NCBI GenBank assembly: GCA_050239825.1
Contig: JBFXGO010000019.1
Span: forward strand, 1-44,563
Direction of reading: 5' to 3'
DNA length: 44,563 bases
Source of the DNA: a bacterium
GTDB lineage: Bacteria > Hydrothermota > 32-111
The notes beneath the pieces were generated by a model. That model was not told the DNA's origin and ran no database searches. It saw only the letters and a program-made list of their open reading frames with translations. Positions 9,850 to 19,270 of this stretch are shown here, one piece after another (the first letter of the stretch is position 1; each line of letters starts with the position of its first letter). The position numbers and the translations under genes were made by a program.

Positions 9850-10778
9850 TGTTCGCATACGGTCCGATTCCATCAAGAAGATTCGGCAGATCTGTTGGTG
9901 TAAGTCCCATACCGCCCAAAACATGCACATATTCATGCGTTTACTGTCAGTTAGGCAGAACAAGCAAATTGACAATGACAAGAGAGAGTTTTTTCGCTCC
10001 TGAACAAATTTTAAAAGACATCGAAGTCGTCATAAAATCAGCAGAGGAAAAAATCGATTTTATTACATTTGTGGGGGACGGGGAACCGACTTTAAACAAG
10101 GATCTCGGTTCTTTGATAAGTCACTGCAGAAATTCATTTCCCTATAAAACTGCAGTAATTACAAACGGGTCTCTTTTATGGATGGATGATGTGAGAGATG
10201 ACCTCTCAGGCGCGGATGTTGTAAATATAACTCTGTCAGTCTCTGATGATGATACATTTAGTATTCTCCATCGCCCCCATAGAAATTTGAATTTTCAAAA
10301 AGTGCTTGACGGTGTTACTAAATTTGCTTCGTTTTACAAAGGTGAAATATGGATTGAAGTTATGCTTGTGGATGGCATCAACACCGGCAAAAGAGCAATG
10401 AAGAATCTTGAAACCATAATTGACGATTTAAATCCATCAAACACATTCGTTATGACTCCGATTAGGCCTCCTGCTGAACCTTGGGTAAAGGTACCTTCAA
10501 AATTGAAACTCATTGAAGCGATGTCTATTTTTAACGGAACAAAGGTGACAGAATCGGAGAATGGCGCCTTTGGCACAGAGGAATTCGCATCCGCAAAAGA
10601 GGCGATAATAGAGACAAGTTTGCGGCATCCTTTGAGAATTGAACAGGGAAGGATGATGGAAGATGTTTTCAATGAGAAAGTTATAGACACGTTGTTGAAT
10701 ACAGGCGTGCTTGAAAGCAGAGAATACGAAGGTAAAATTTTTATTTTACCAAAAAACAAAGAAAGGAACAAGTTATGA
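9849..10778 (+). CDS. Radical SAM protein (COG0731-like Fe-S oxidoreductase)
   Basis: YGPIPSRRFGRS, CTYSCVYC, GDGEPTL, ITNGSLL. Confidence 0.9.
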   Translation: MFAYGPIPSRRFGRSVGVSPIPPKTCTYSCVYCQLGRTSKLTMTRESFFAPEQILKDIEVVIKSAEEKIDFITFVGDGEPTLNKDLGSLISHCRNSFPYKTAVITNGSLLWMDDVRDDLSGADVVNITLSVSDDDTFSILHRPHRNLNFQKVLDGVTKFASFYKGEIWIEVMLVDGINTGKRAMKNLETIIDDLNPSNTFVMTPIRPPAEPWVKVPSKLKLIEAMSIFNGTKVTESENGAFGTEEFASAKEAIIETSLRHPLRIEQGRMMEDVFNEKVIDTLLNTGVLESREYEGKIFILPKNKERNKL

Positions 10779-11182
10779 AAAAAATGATTTTCATTATCGG
10801 ATTCAAAAATAGTATTGAATTGAACAGGTCACATTTCGGAGATTCGCATATTTTTAGAAAGTATGAAATTGCGGAAGATTCACATCCGATTGTGATTTCC
10901 GATTCAATCAATGAAAACAGAGAAGAAAACGAAACTCATGGAACAGATAAAAAACTCTCTTCTGTGCAAAAATCTCTTAAAGGAGTTGATTTTATAGTCT
11001 CTCAGACAGTAAGCCCAAATTTGATTAAGATGGCAGAAAACTCAAACATTCAGCCTATAATAATTAAAAGAAAAAGCGAAGATGAAGTACTGACTGCAGT
11101 GCAAGATAATTTTCTTATTATATTGCGGCTCGTTGAAAACAGAGATAAAAAGGAAAAAGAAAAAAATATCTTGAAATTGTGA
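10775..11182 (+). CDS. NifB/NifX-family (FeMo-cofactor-binding fold) protein, divergent
   Basis: SHFGDS..F motif, size and operon context. Confidence 0.65.
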   Translation: MKKMIFIIGFKNSIELNRSHFGDSHIFRKYEIAEDSHPIVISDSINENREENETHGTDKKLSSVQKSLKGVDFIVSQTVSPNLIKMAENSNIQPIIIKRKSEDEVLTAVQDNFLIILRLVENRDKKEKEKNILKL

Positions 11183-11193
11183 CTAAATTAGCA

Positions 11194-11208
11194 TTATGAT
11201 AATTATAA
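11194..11208. promoter_or_regulatory. PerR/Fur-like 7-1-7 box TTATGAT-A-ATTATAA
   Basis: One mismatch from the B. subtilis PerR consensus TTATAATnATTATAA, upstream of an NADH oxidase-like gene. Confidence 0.5.
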
Positions 11209-11229
11209 ATTTATAACAAAGGAGGAACA

Positions 11230-12567
11230 ATGAAAAAATATGATGTGGTCATCGTCGGCGGCGGTCCGGCCGGTATCATAACTGCAATGACAGCTAAGAC
11301 ATACTATCCGGATAAGAGTATGCTTATTATCAGAAAAGAGAAGAATGTGCTTGTGCCTTGCGGGATACCATATACGATGAGCACTATCACTCTGGAAAAA
11401 AATTACATTCCTGATGCAGGGCTTACCGGAAAGGGCATTGAAATTGAGATTGCGGAAGTTACAAAAATTGACTCTGTTAAAAAACAGATTGAAACAGAAA
11501 AAGGCGGATTTGAATATGACAAGCTTGTTCTTGCCGCCGGCTCCAGACCCGCGGAACCAAAGTGGTTAAAGGGAAGAGATAAAAAGAATGTCTTTTACAT
11601 CGAAAAATCCGAAGAGTATCTTAAAACATTGAAAAACTCTCTGGATAAGAAAAAAAGAGTTTTGATAATAGGAGGCGGTTTCATCGGAGTAGAGGTGGCA
11701 GACGAACTTAACAAAGAGGGGCATAAGGTCACTCTTGTGGAAAAACTGCCGCATGTATTAAGTCTTGCAATAGATTCGGACTTCAGCTGTAATCTTGATG
11801 ATACTCTCAAAAAACGGGGCATAGAGCTTTTTCTTGGCGAATCAGTCGAAGAAATAACAGGCGATGAATTTGTTGATGGAGTTATCCTTGAAAACAAGAA
11901 AAAGGTTGATGCGGATGTGGTTATTATTGCTATAGGATACTCGCCAAATTCAAAGCTTGCAAAAGAAGCAGGCGCTTTGGTAGGAGTCAAGGGAGCTATT
12001 TGGGTTGACGAATATATGAGGACAAACATAAAGGATATTTTTGCAGTGGGAGACTGCGCGGAGAGAAAATCCTTCATAACCAGAAAACTCACAAATATAA
12101 TGCTTGCGTCAACCGCAACATCAGAAGCGAGGATAGCCGGAGCGAATCTCTATAAGTTACAGATGCTCAGAACTTTCACGGGAACAATAGGAATATTTTC
12201 AACCAGAATCGGCGAATGCGCAATTGGCAGCGCAGGTCTGACAGAGACGCAGGCGGTAGAAGAGGGCTTCGAAGTAATCTCGGCAACATTTGAAACAAAG
12301 GACAGGCATCCGGGGTCTCTTCCCGACGCATCAACAGTCAGGGTAAAGCTCATTGCCTCAAAAATGTCGGGTTTGATTCTCGGTGGTCAGATAGGAGGAG
12401 GAGAATCTGTGGGTGAAATGATAAATATTGTGGGTCTGATGATTCAAAATAAAATGTCCGTTCATGATCTAATGATTCTTCAGATAGGAACTCATCCGCT
12501 TCTTACTGCGGCTCCGACGGTTTACCCTTTAATAAAGGTGGCTGAACTGATAATTTCAAAATTATAG
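11230..12567 (+). CDS. FAD-dependent pyridine nucleotide-disulfide oxidoreductase (NADH oxidase / CoA-disulfide reductase family)
   Basis: GGGPAG; single-Cys VPCGIPY; GGGFIG; FAVGDC; C-terminal dimerisation domain. Confidence 0.9.
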   Translation: MKKYDVVIVGGGPAGIITAMTAKTYYPDKSMLIIRKEKNVLVPCGIPYTMSTITLEKNYIPDAGLTGKGIEIEIAEVTKIDSVKKQIETEKGGFEYDKLVLAAGSRPAEPKWLKGRDKKNVFYIEKSEEYLKTLKNSLDKKKRVLIIGGGFIGVEVADELNKEGHKVTLVEKLPHVLSLAIDSDFSCNLDDTLKKRGIELFLGESVEEITGDEFVDGVILENKKKVDADVVIIAIGYSPNSKLAKEAGALVGVKGAIWVDEYMRTNIKDIFAVGDCAERKSFITRKLTNIMLASTATSEARIAGANLYKLQMLRTFTGTIGIFSTRIGECAIGSAGLTETQAVEEGFEVISATFETKDRHPGSLPDASTVRVKLIASKMSGLILGGQIGGGESVGEMINIVGLMIQNKMSVHDLMILQIGTHPLLTAAPTVYPLIKVAELIISKL

Positions 12568-12612
12568 GAAATAGCAGGTATCTGCAAAAAACACCCACAG
12601 CAAGAATAGCAC

Positions 12613-12653
12613 TTGACAATTATCAAAAACAAATTATAATTAGCATATGCTAA
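12613..12653 (+). promoter_or_regulatory. Promoter TTGACA-N16-TATAAT overlapped by the palindromic operator TTAGCATATGCTAA
   Basis: -35 at 12613-12618, -10 at 12635-12640, palindrome at 12640-12653. Confidence 0.85.
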
Positions 12654-12673
12654 AAACAAACAAAGGAGGCATT

Positions 12674-12991
12674 ATGCCAAGAGGAGATAAAACAGGCCCT
12701 GACGGAATGGGTCCTATGACCGGCAGAGCAATGGGCTTCTGCAATGGTTTCAATACGCCCGGCTTTATGCGCGGATTCGGATTTGGCAGAGGCGGAGGCA
12801 GAGGGTTCGGAAGAGGAATCGGATTTCAAGGCAGAGGACGAAGAGGAATAGGATATGCAGTTCCATATTTTATGCCTCAACAGATTGATGTCGCAGATTC
12901 GAAAGAGGCATTGAATGAAGAGATTGCTTCAGTTGAGAAGTATCTCTCTGAATTGAAAGAGATGGTTCAGAAGAAAAAGTCGGAGAAGTGA
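12674..12991 (+). CDS. DUF5320-family Gly/Arg-rich protein
   Basis: MPRGDKTGPDGMGPMTGRAMGFC start after the SD AAGGAGG, GFGRG repeats, C-terminal coiled coil. Confidence 0.85.
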   Translation: MPRGDKTGPDGMGPMTGRAMGFCNGFNTPGFMRGFGFGRGGGRGFGRGIGFQGRGRRGIGYAVPYFMPQQIDVADSKEALNEEIASVEKYLSELKEMVQKKKSEK

Positions 12992-13864
12992 TTGACATTT
13001 AAAATTACAATAGCAAGCGGAAAGGGGGGGACTGGAAAGACCCTCCTTTCCGTTAATTTGGCATTCTATTTCAAACACATTCTGAAAACAGATGTTGCTT
13101 TGATTGACCTTGATGTGGAGGAGCCGAACAGTTCTATATTCTTAAAGGGAAAGCCGATGCAGACTTTTGAGGCGACAAGAATGATTCCCTTCTACGACAG
13201 GTCCCTATGCACGGACTGCGGGATCTGCTCGGATGTGTGTATGTTCAATGCTTTAATAAAGGCAAAAAACCATGTTCTGATTTACAAAAATCTTTGCCAC
13301 TCCTGCAATGCATGCGTCAAGCTCTGCCCAGCCGGAGCTCTTTCAATGAAACCATCAAGGATAGGAGAGATTCACCTTATAAATACAAATCAGGGTATTC
13401 AATTTATAGAGGGTGTGCTTGATATCAAAGAGGAGATGTCAACTCCTCTTATAAGAAGAACCAAGGATATTGCAGATGAAATGTTCAGGGATACTTTTTT
13501 GCACATTTATGATTCACCTCCAGGAACATCATGCTCTTACATTGAGGCGATGAAAGACACAGATCTTCTGCTCATTATTACAGAGCCTACTCCATTCGGA
13601 ATAAGTGATTCCACTCTTGCAATTGAGACTGCGAATATACTCAAAAAAAATTGCGCCGTGGTGCTCAACAGAACAGGAGAGGAAAATCAAGAAGCAGTCA
13701 AGCACTTTGAGAATTTGCATGCAAAAGTAATTGCTCAGATAAAGAGCGATAAAAGAATCGCAGAAACATACTCGACTGGAGATATTGTTTTTGGAAAATA
13801 TGAGGGTTTTGACAATGCAATAAAAAGCATTGCCGAATATGTCTTGATGCGGAGCAGAATATGA
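12992..13864 (+). CDS. MinD-superfamily P-loop ATPase with inserted ferredoxin domain (COG1149-like), copy 1
   Basis: SGKGGTGKT, DLDVEEPN, two CxxCxxC motifs, DSPPGTSC, EPTPFG. Confidence 0.9.
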   Translation: MTFKITIASGKGGTGKTLLSVNLAFYFKHILKTDVALIDLDVEEPNSSIFLKGKPMQTFEATRMIPFYDRSLCTDCGICSDVCMFNALIKAKNHVLIYKNLCHSCNACVKLCPAGALSMKPSRIGEIHLINTNQGIQFIEGVLDIKEEMSTPLIRRTKDIADEMFRDTFLHIYDSPPGTSCSYIEAMKDTDLLLIITEPTPFGISDSTLAIETANILKKNCAVVLNRTGEENQEAVKHFENLHAKVIAQIKSDKRIAETYSTGDIVFGKYEGFDNAIKSIAEYVLMRSRI

Positions 13865-14733
13865 AAGAGATAGTGATTCTTTCAGGAAAGGGAGGAACGG
13901 GTAAAACTTCTATTACAGGAGCTCTTGCGGCAATTGCGGAAGAAAAAATAATCCTTGCGGATGCGGATGTTGATGCAAGCAATATGCATCTTATTACAAA
14001 AAAAGAAAAAATAAACAGCGTTGAATATAAAAACGGATTCACTGCGGAGGTGAATGTTGATAAATGCACCGGATGTCGGGTGTGCGAACTTGAATGCGTC
14101 TTTGATGCAATAAAGGTAGTTGGCGGCAAGGCTGTTGTCGATGATATGTTCTGTGAAGGATGCAAACTCTGTTCTCGGCTTTGTCCGACAAAAGCCATTC
14201 AAATGAAGGAGATGAGAGTAGGAGAGATTACCACATATTCAACGCGTTTTAAAAACATCCTCATAAGCGCTATGATGGATGCAAAGAGGGAGAGGAGCGG
14301 AAAGCTTGTCTCCGAAGTAAAGAGAATGGCAAGAGCTGAGGCTGACAAACGGAGCGCCGACTACATACTTCTTGACGGTCCGCCGGGAATAGGATGTCCG
14401 GCGATAGCCTCTCTCGGAGGAGTCAACTATGCGGTTCTTGTTATTGAGCCGACAATCTCGGGATTTCACGATATGAAGAGAATATATGCGCTCATTAAAT
14501 ATTTCAGAATTAAAACAGGAATGATAATCAACAAATCCGACATTAATGAGTGTGTCGCCGGTCAAATCAGAGAGTATGCGAAAGAGATAAAAAGCGTGCT
14601 TCTTGGAGAGATAAAATATGATGAGATTTTTATAGAGAGTGTGAATAATAATAAAACAGTTGTCGAATTATCTGATAATCTTAGAAAGGATATAATGGAA
14701 ATATGGAAAAAAATCAAAGAGGAGGCAAAATGA
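13861..14733 (+). CDS. MinD-superfamily P-loop ATPase with inserted ferredoxin domain (COG1149-like), copy 2
   Basis: SGKGGTGKT, DADVDA, two CxxCxxC motifs, SGKLV, DGPPGIGCP. Confidence 0.9.
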   Translation: MKEIVILSGKGGTGKTSITGALAAIAEEKIILADADVDASNMHLITKKEKINSVEYKNGFTAEVNVDKCTGCRVCELECVFDAIKVVGGKAVVDDMFCEGCKLCSRLCPTKAIQMKEMRVGEITTYSTRFKNILISAMMDAKRERSGKLVSEVKRMARAEADKRSADYILLDGPPGIGCPAIASLGGVNYAVLVIEPTISGFHDMKRIYALIKYFRIKTGMIINKSDINECVAGQIREYAKEIKSVLLGEIKYDEIFIESVNNNKTVVELSDNLRKDIMEIWKKIKEEAK

Positions 14734-15077
14734 AAATAGCAATACCTGCAGAAGAAAATTCTCTCAACGGTCTTGCCGACGACAGATTCGGAAGGGCGAA
14801 GGGCTTTGTCATATATGACACAGAGACAAAGGCGCTTAACTGGGTGGATAATGGGGAAAATGCAAAAGCGTCGCAGGGAGCAGGTCTCAAAGCGGCTCAG
14901 CATGTCATTGAAGCAAAAGTTGAAGTTTTGATTTCTTATGATGTGGGTCCAAAAGCATTTGAACTTTTAAAAGAAAATGGTATAATGGCATACAGATTAG
15001 ACAGCAAGATGAAGGTCAAGGATGCAATCACCATGTACCTTGAAAACAAGCTTAAAAAAATAAACGAAGGAGAATAA
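14730..15077 (+). CDS. NifB/NifX-family protein
   Basis: MKIAIP...RFGRA...GAG...GPKAF; ATGA overlap at 14730 with SD GGAGG. Confidence 0.85.
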   Translation: MKIAIPAEENSLNGLADDRFGRAKGFVIYDTETKALNWVDNGENAKASQGAGLKAAQHVIEAKVEVLISYDVGPKAFELLKENGIMAYRLDSKMKVKDAITMYLENKLKKINEGE

Positions 15078-15078
15078 A

Positions 15079-15411
15079 ATGAAAATAGCAATTGCGGCAG
15101 AGGGAAAGCAGTTGTCCGGCCATTTCGGCCACTGCTCTCAATTTCACATCTATGAAATCTCTGACAACAAGGCGGTATTCGTAGAGAGTATAACGCCCCC
15201 TCCGCATGAACCCGGTTTGATTCCTCAGTGGCTATCTGGATATAAGATCGAAACAGTTTTAACCGGAGGAATGGGAAGGAAGGCAAAGGAGATATTCGAT
15301 GAGAAGAACATTAAAGTCATAGACGGGATTGAGATTGATGACATCAATAAGATAGCTGTGAGTTTTGCCAAGGGAACAATGAAGAAGGGCAGTTCAACCT
15401 GTGACCACTGA
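15079..15411 (+). CDS. NifB/NifX-family protein
   Basis: MKIAIA...HFGHC...PHEPG...GGMG...CDH. Confidence 0.85.
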   Translation: MKIAIAAEGKQLSGHFGHCSQFHIYEISDNKAVFVESITPPPHEPGLIPQWLSGYKIETVLTGGMGRKAKEIFDEKNIKVIDGIEIDDINKIAVSFAKGTMKKGSSTCDH

Positions 15412-15827
15412 TGCCGAGACCTAAAAAATTCAGGTTCATTTCATCTTCTCCGGAAGTGACTTATTTCAAGCCGAGCGGAGTTCCCAAAAGCATGCTTGAA
15501 GAGGTGATTCTTGAGGTGGACGAGCTTGAAGCCGTGAAACTTGCGGATTTGGAAGGATTGTATCAGGAGGATGCGGCAAAGATTATGAATGTGTCGAGGC
15601 AGACATTCGGCAATATTCTGGTGAGCGCGCATAAAAAGATAGCTGAAGCCATTGTGAAGGGCAGAGTGCTAAGGATCGAGGGCGGTGCGACAGAGCTTAA
15701 ACCTTCAGATGATGATTCATGCGGGTGCGGTTATATGTGGAAGCAATCATCATTGGAAAAAGAGTGTCCAAGGTGCAGGACTCAAAGAGGAAGGGGGTTC
15801 GGCAGGAGAAGAAGGCAATTCAATTAA
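15411..15827 (+). CDS. DUF134 family HTH protein with C-terminal Cys motifs
   Basis: MPRPKK.R, FKP.G, ELEAVKLADLEGLYQEDAAKIMNVSRQTF, IEGG, CGCG...CPRC. Confidence 0.9.
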   Translation: MPRPKKFRFISSSPEVTYFKPSGVPKSMLEEVILEVDELEAVKLADLEGLYQEDAAKIMNVSRQTFGNILVSAHKKIAEAIVKGRVLRIEGGATELKPSDDDSCGCGYMWKQSSLEKECPRCRTQRGRGFGRRRRQFN

Positions 15828-15836
15828 GGAGGAATT

Positions 15837-16661
15837 TTGACAGACAAAGATAAAGAATTGAAGCAGGAGATAATGAAGGAGAACTTCAGAAAGATAAAAC
15901 ACAAAATACTTGTGTTGAGCGGAAAGGGCGGAGTGGGAAAATCGACTGTCTCTGTAAATACGGCATATTCCCTTAAAATGAAGGGCTTCAGAGTGGGAAT
16001 ACTTGATATTGACCTTCACGGACCTTCAATAGCAAAGATGACCGGAATAGAGGATTCTCGCATTGAGGGAGACGAATCCGGCCTTTTATTGCCCATAAAA
16101 ACAAAAGACGGGGTTGATGTGATTTCAATATCTCCGATGCTTGAAAAATCGGATACTCCTGTAATCTGGCGCGGACCGCTGAAGATGAAGGCGATACAGG
16201 AGTTTTTTGATTCTGTAAATTGGAGCGAACTTGACTATCTTATAATTGATTCTCCTCCCGGAACAGGGGATGAACCGCTGACAGCACTGCAGATAATTGA
16301 AGGCATAGACGGAGTGGTAATAGTGACGACTCCGCAGGATGTTGCAACCTCGGATGTTTCCCGTTCAATCTCCTTTGTGAAGGCGATGAACAAGAGGATT
16401 CTCGGGCTTGTTGAGAATATGTCATATTTCATCTGCACAAAGTGCGGAGAAAAACACTTCATCTTCAAAGAGGGCGGAGCGGAAATGCTTTCAAAAAAGT
16501 ATGGAATTGAAATTCTCGGAAGAATTCCGATTGAGAGCGATATGGTTGATTTGGCAGACAACGGAAAACCTTATGTTCTCAAAAAACCCGATTCTTTGGT
16601 TTCCAAAGAATATTTATTGATTGTTGACAGGCTAATAGAGAAAATGAATTCTGAAAAATAA
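15837..16661 (+). CDS. mrp: Mrp/NBP35 (ApbC) Fe-S cluster carrier ATPase
   Basis: SGKGGVGKST, DIDLHGPS, VIWRGP, DSPPGTGDE, ENMS..CTKC. Confidence 0.9.
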   Translation: MTDKDKELKQEIMKENFRKIKHKILVLSGKGGVGKSTVSVNTAYSLKMKGFRVGILDIDLHGPSIAKMTGIEDSRIEGDESGLLLPIKTKDGVDVISISPMLEKSDTPVIWRGPLKMKAIQEFFDSVNWSELDYLIIDSPPGTGDEPLTALQIIEGIDGVVIVTTPQDVATSDVSRSISFVKAMNKRILGLVENMSYFICTKCGEKHFIFKEGGAEMLSKKYGIEILGRIPIESDMVDLADNGKPYVLKKPDSLVSKEYLLIVDRLIEKMNSEK

Positions 16662-16678
16662 ATTAAAGATATGCAGGC

Positions 16679-16712
16679 AAAAAAAAGAGCCCCGTTGAGG
16701 GGCTCTTTTTTT
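16679..16712. terminator. Bidirectional rho-independent terminator
   Basis: A-tract, GAGCCCC-GTTGA-GGGGCTC, T7, between convergent genes. Confidence 0.9.
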
Positions 16713-16728
16713 AGGTATTATATTTCTT

Positions 16729-18609
16729 TTATTCACCCAGAATCAAAAATTCTATTCTTCTGTTCTGAGCTCTTCCTTCCTTCGTGTCATTAGTTGCTAT
16801 AGGCATAAGTTCGCCGTAACCTTTTGTCTGTATTCTCATAGCATCAATGCCGTTGTCCACGAGGTACTTCCTCACTGCATCGGCTCTTGCCTGAGAGAGT
16901 GTCTCATTCGCCGCCGCCGCTCCTACAGAGTCTGTATGTCCCTGAACTTCAATCTTCACCTTTGGATTGTCTTTAAGAAGCTTTACTGCCTCATTGAGTA
17001 TCACATAGGATTCGGGAAGTATGTTTGCCTTTCCGCTCTCAAAGTTGATGCCCTTCAGGTTTATCTTTCCGCCCTTCTTCAAGAGCTCAATGTTCATGAC
17101 AAGCGTCTTGTTTTCTTCTACAACAACAGGAACCGCATAATCAAGGTATCCTTCAGCTTTTGCTGTTATTGTGTATGTGCCGGGATCGAGAGTGACCTTG
17201 TAAACTCCTGTTGCCGCATCAGGATAAAACTCTCCTGTCTGGGCTTCAGGTATTGACAACTTGGCATTAACAAGCTCATCAGTGGACTTGTCTATTACTT
17301 TTCCTGTAATTGTGCCCTTTGCTATCTTCTTTGGATTCATTGCGAAATCAAGAATCTGCGTCTGTTCAGATTCTATCACCACTCCCTTCTCATTGCCTAA
17401 ATAACCCTGCTTGTCAACCTTTACCCTTATTGTGCCCGGCTTAACTTCTATTGTGTAGAGCCCCATTGTGTCGGTCAGAATGCTTATATCTTCAGAGTAG
17501 CCGGGGAGAGTGACCATTGCCATTAAAGGAAGCCCTGTCTCACTGTCTATGACCTTTCCTGTGATGAGTGTCTTCTTTATCTCCTTTACAACAGGAGTGG
17601 CCTTCTTGAAATCATAATAGTATGAGAATCCTGCATGCGCTATCCACACCGGGGCTCCTTCCCATGCTGTAGTATAGAGGATGCTGTCGGTATTGTTGTT
17701 GATTGACGGGGTGAGGGGAGTCGCGAACTTTGTCATTCTGTAATCGCATCCCAAATCTATGACAAGTCCGGAAGGGGTGTCAAATCTGACTCCTCCAGAG
17801 AGATAATTGATTAGATTGCCACCAAAGACCTCTGTTGCATTGTACTTGTAACCGAAAGCCTCGATGAATGGCAAAAATGAATTGAATTTTGCCGAAATGC
17901 TTGCCGAGTAGTCGATGTACGTTGGGTCAATAGAAGCAGGCATTCCTGTAAGCTGAGTATAGCCTCCGTTCACATCAATTGTGATTGGAACATTGCCTTC
18001 AACCATATAAGATGCTATGAATTTTGCTCCCCAATCTCCGTTTCCGTTCTCAAAATATCTGAGGAGTCCGCCCTCTGTCTGCAGGTAGCGTCTTGAAACA
18101 AAGGATGCTGAATCCATAACTGCATCAAATACTCCTGCAAATGATGTTCTGTAAAATCCGAAGACTCCCATGTCCATGTTTTTGACTGCTCCGAACAAAC
18201 GGCCGGTTGTCAGCTTCAAGTTGACTTCTGCATTCCCGAATCCGTAGCTTCCGTAATTGGCATTCTCATTCGGTCTTCCGTCTGCCTCAGGAGTGTCAAT
18301 TCCATCAACAAGAGCGTCGATTACAAATCCCGCTTCAAGCCAGTTAGTAACGGCATATCCGAGGCCGAACTTTATTCCGCCTATTCCATAGACATCTTCA
18401 CATGTGTATGTGCCATGGTCTGAGTAAACTGAGACATACGATGTATCAAAATAATCATAGGCGCCGTTCAGGTGAAGATTGAATGTGAGTCTCTGCTCGT
18501 CAATCAAAGCGCCTATCGTGTGCAGAGAACCGGACGCTGTATTGATTGTTGGGGCAGCAAATGTAAATATTGCCATCAACAATATAAATCCAAGAACAAA
18601 TCTTTTCAT
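16729..18609 (-). CDS. OmpA-family protein: predicted N-terminal beta-barrel, two carboxypeptidase-regulatory-like domains, OmpA_C peptidoglycan-binding domain
   Basis: Signal peptide; ITGKVID repeats; INFESG, GHTDSVG, LSQARA, GRAQNRRIE. Confidence 0.88.
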   Translation of the reverse strand: MKRFVLGFILLMAIFTFAAPTINTASGSLHTIGALIDEQRLTFNLHLNGAYDYFDTSYVSVYSDHGTYTCEDVYGIGGIKFGLGYAVTNWLEAGFVIDALVDGIDTPEADGRPNENANYGSYGFGNAEVNLKLTTGRLFGAVKNMDMGVFGFYRTSFAGVFDAVMDSASFVSRRYLQTEGGLLRYFENGNGDWGAKFIASYMVEGNVPITIDVNGGYTQLTGMPASIDPTYIDYSASISAKFNSFLPFIEAFGYKYNATEVFGGNLINYLSGGVRFDTPSGLVIDLGCDYRMTKFATPLTPSINNNTDSILYTTAWEGAPVWIAHAGFSYYYDFKKATPVVKEIKKTLITGKVIDSETGLPLMAMVTLPGYSEDISILTDTMGLYTIEVKPGTIRVKVDKQGYLGNEKGVVIESEQTQILDFAMNPKKIAKGTITGKVIDKSTDELVNAKLSIPEAQTGEFYPDAATGVYKVTLDPGTYTITAKAEGYLDYAVPVVVEENKTLVMNIELLKKGGKINLKGINFESGKANILPESYVILNEAVKLLKDNPKVKIEVQGHTDSVGAAAANETLSQARADAVRKYLVDNGIDAMRIQTKGYGELMPIATNDTKEGRAQNRRIEFLILGE

Positions 18610-18650
18610 TCATACCTCCATTTTTTAAATATTAACCTAATCTAATTCAG

Positions 18651-18679
18651 ATTATATATATAAACAAGACAATTGTCAA
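18651..18679 (-). promoter_or_regulatory. Consensus promoter TTGACA-N17-TATAAT for the OmpA gene
   Basis: Exact consensus boxes on the minus strand. Confidence 0.75.
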
Positions 18680-18722
18680 TTAAAATTATTAAATTATTTC
18701 TATAAAATCTATAGTTATTCTA

Positions 18723-18751
18723 TTGACTATCCTGCGCAAAATATCTATAAT
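18723..18751 (+). promoter_or_regulatory. Promoter TTGACT-N17-TATAAT
   Basis: Near-consensus, divergent from the OmpA promoter. Confidence 0.65.
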
Positions 18752-18778
18752 AAAATATCAGTCAAAACAAGAGGCAAA

Positions 18779-19270
18779 TTGAAAAAAATATTCTTATCAG
18801 CAGTTTTGGTTTCTCTCTTCATTTCATGCTTTGCAATTGAAGACCTTGACGGATTTTACAAGGTGCTTGAAGAAGTAAGGTTCTATGTGGGCGAGAATAA
18901 ACTGGATTCGGCAGACATAAGAATAGCTGAGATGAAGGATTTTCTAAAAGCAGGAAAATACAGCGAGGAGACGGATGAGTACGGCAATTATTATTATGCT
19001 ATTGGAGTGCGTCAGATAAATTCCGATAAGGAAAAAGAAGCAAAAGATAATCTGCAAAAGTGCATTGATATATTTAAGAAGATATATGGAGAGAAGAATG
19101 AAATAATGTTCCATGTTTACAGAAACATCGGCAAGGAGTGCGTCTTTGCAGAAAAATCCGACTTAGCTATCGAATACTTTAAAAACTCTGATTTGATTTT
19201 TAACGAGGCAGAAATTGAAATAGATGTGAGTTACGGCGAACTCAAGTATTTTCAGGCGAGAACATCGTAG
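18779..19270 (+). CDS. Secreted TPR-like protein, possibly frameshifted near the 3' end (alternative end 19368)
   Basis: Signal peptide and TPR-like helices; another frame stays open from 19219 to 19368. Confidence 0.6.
   Translation: MKKIFLSAVLVSLFISCFAIEDLDGFYKVLEEVRFYVGENKLDSADIRIAEMKDFLKAGKYSEETDEYGNYYYAIGVRQINSDKEKEAKDNLQKCIDIFKKIYGEKNEIMFHVYRNIGKECVFAEKSDLAIEYFKNSDLIFNEAEIEIDVSYGELKYFQARTS

Noticed and set aside
9556..16661. Nitrogen fixation cluster
   Set aside because: Only NifX-fold carriers; no nifH/D/K/E/N, and the radical SAM protein is not evidently NifB
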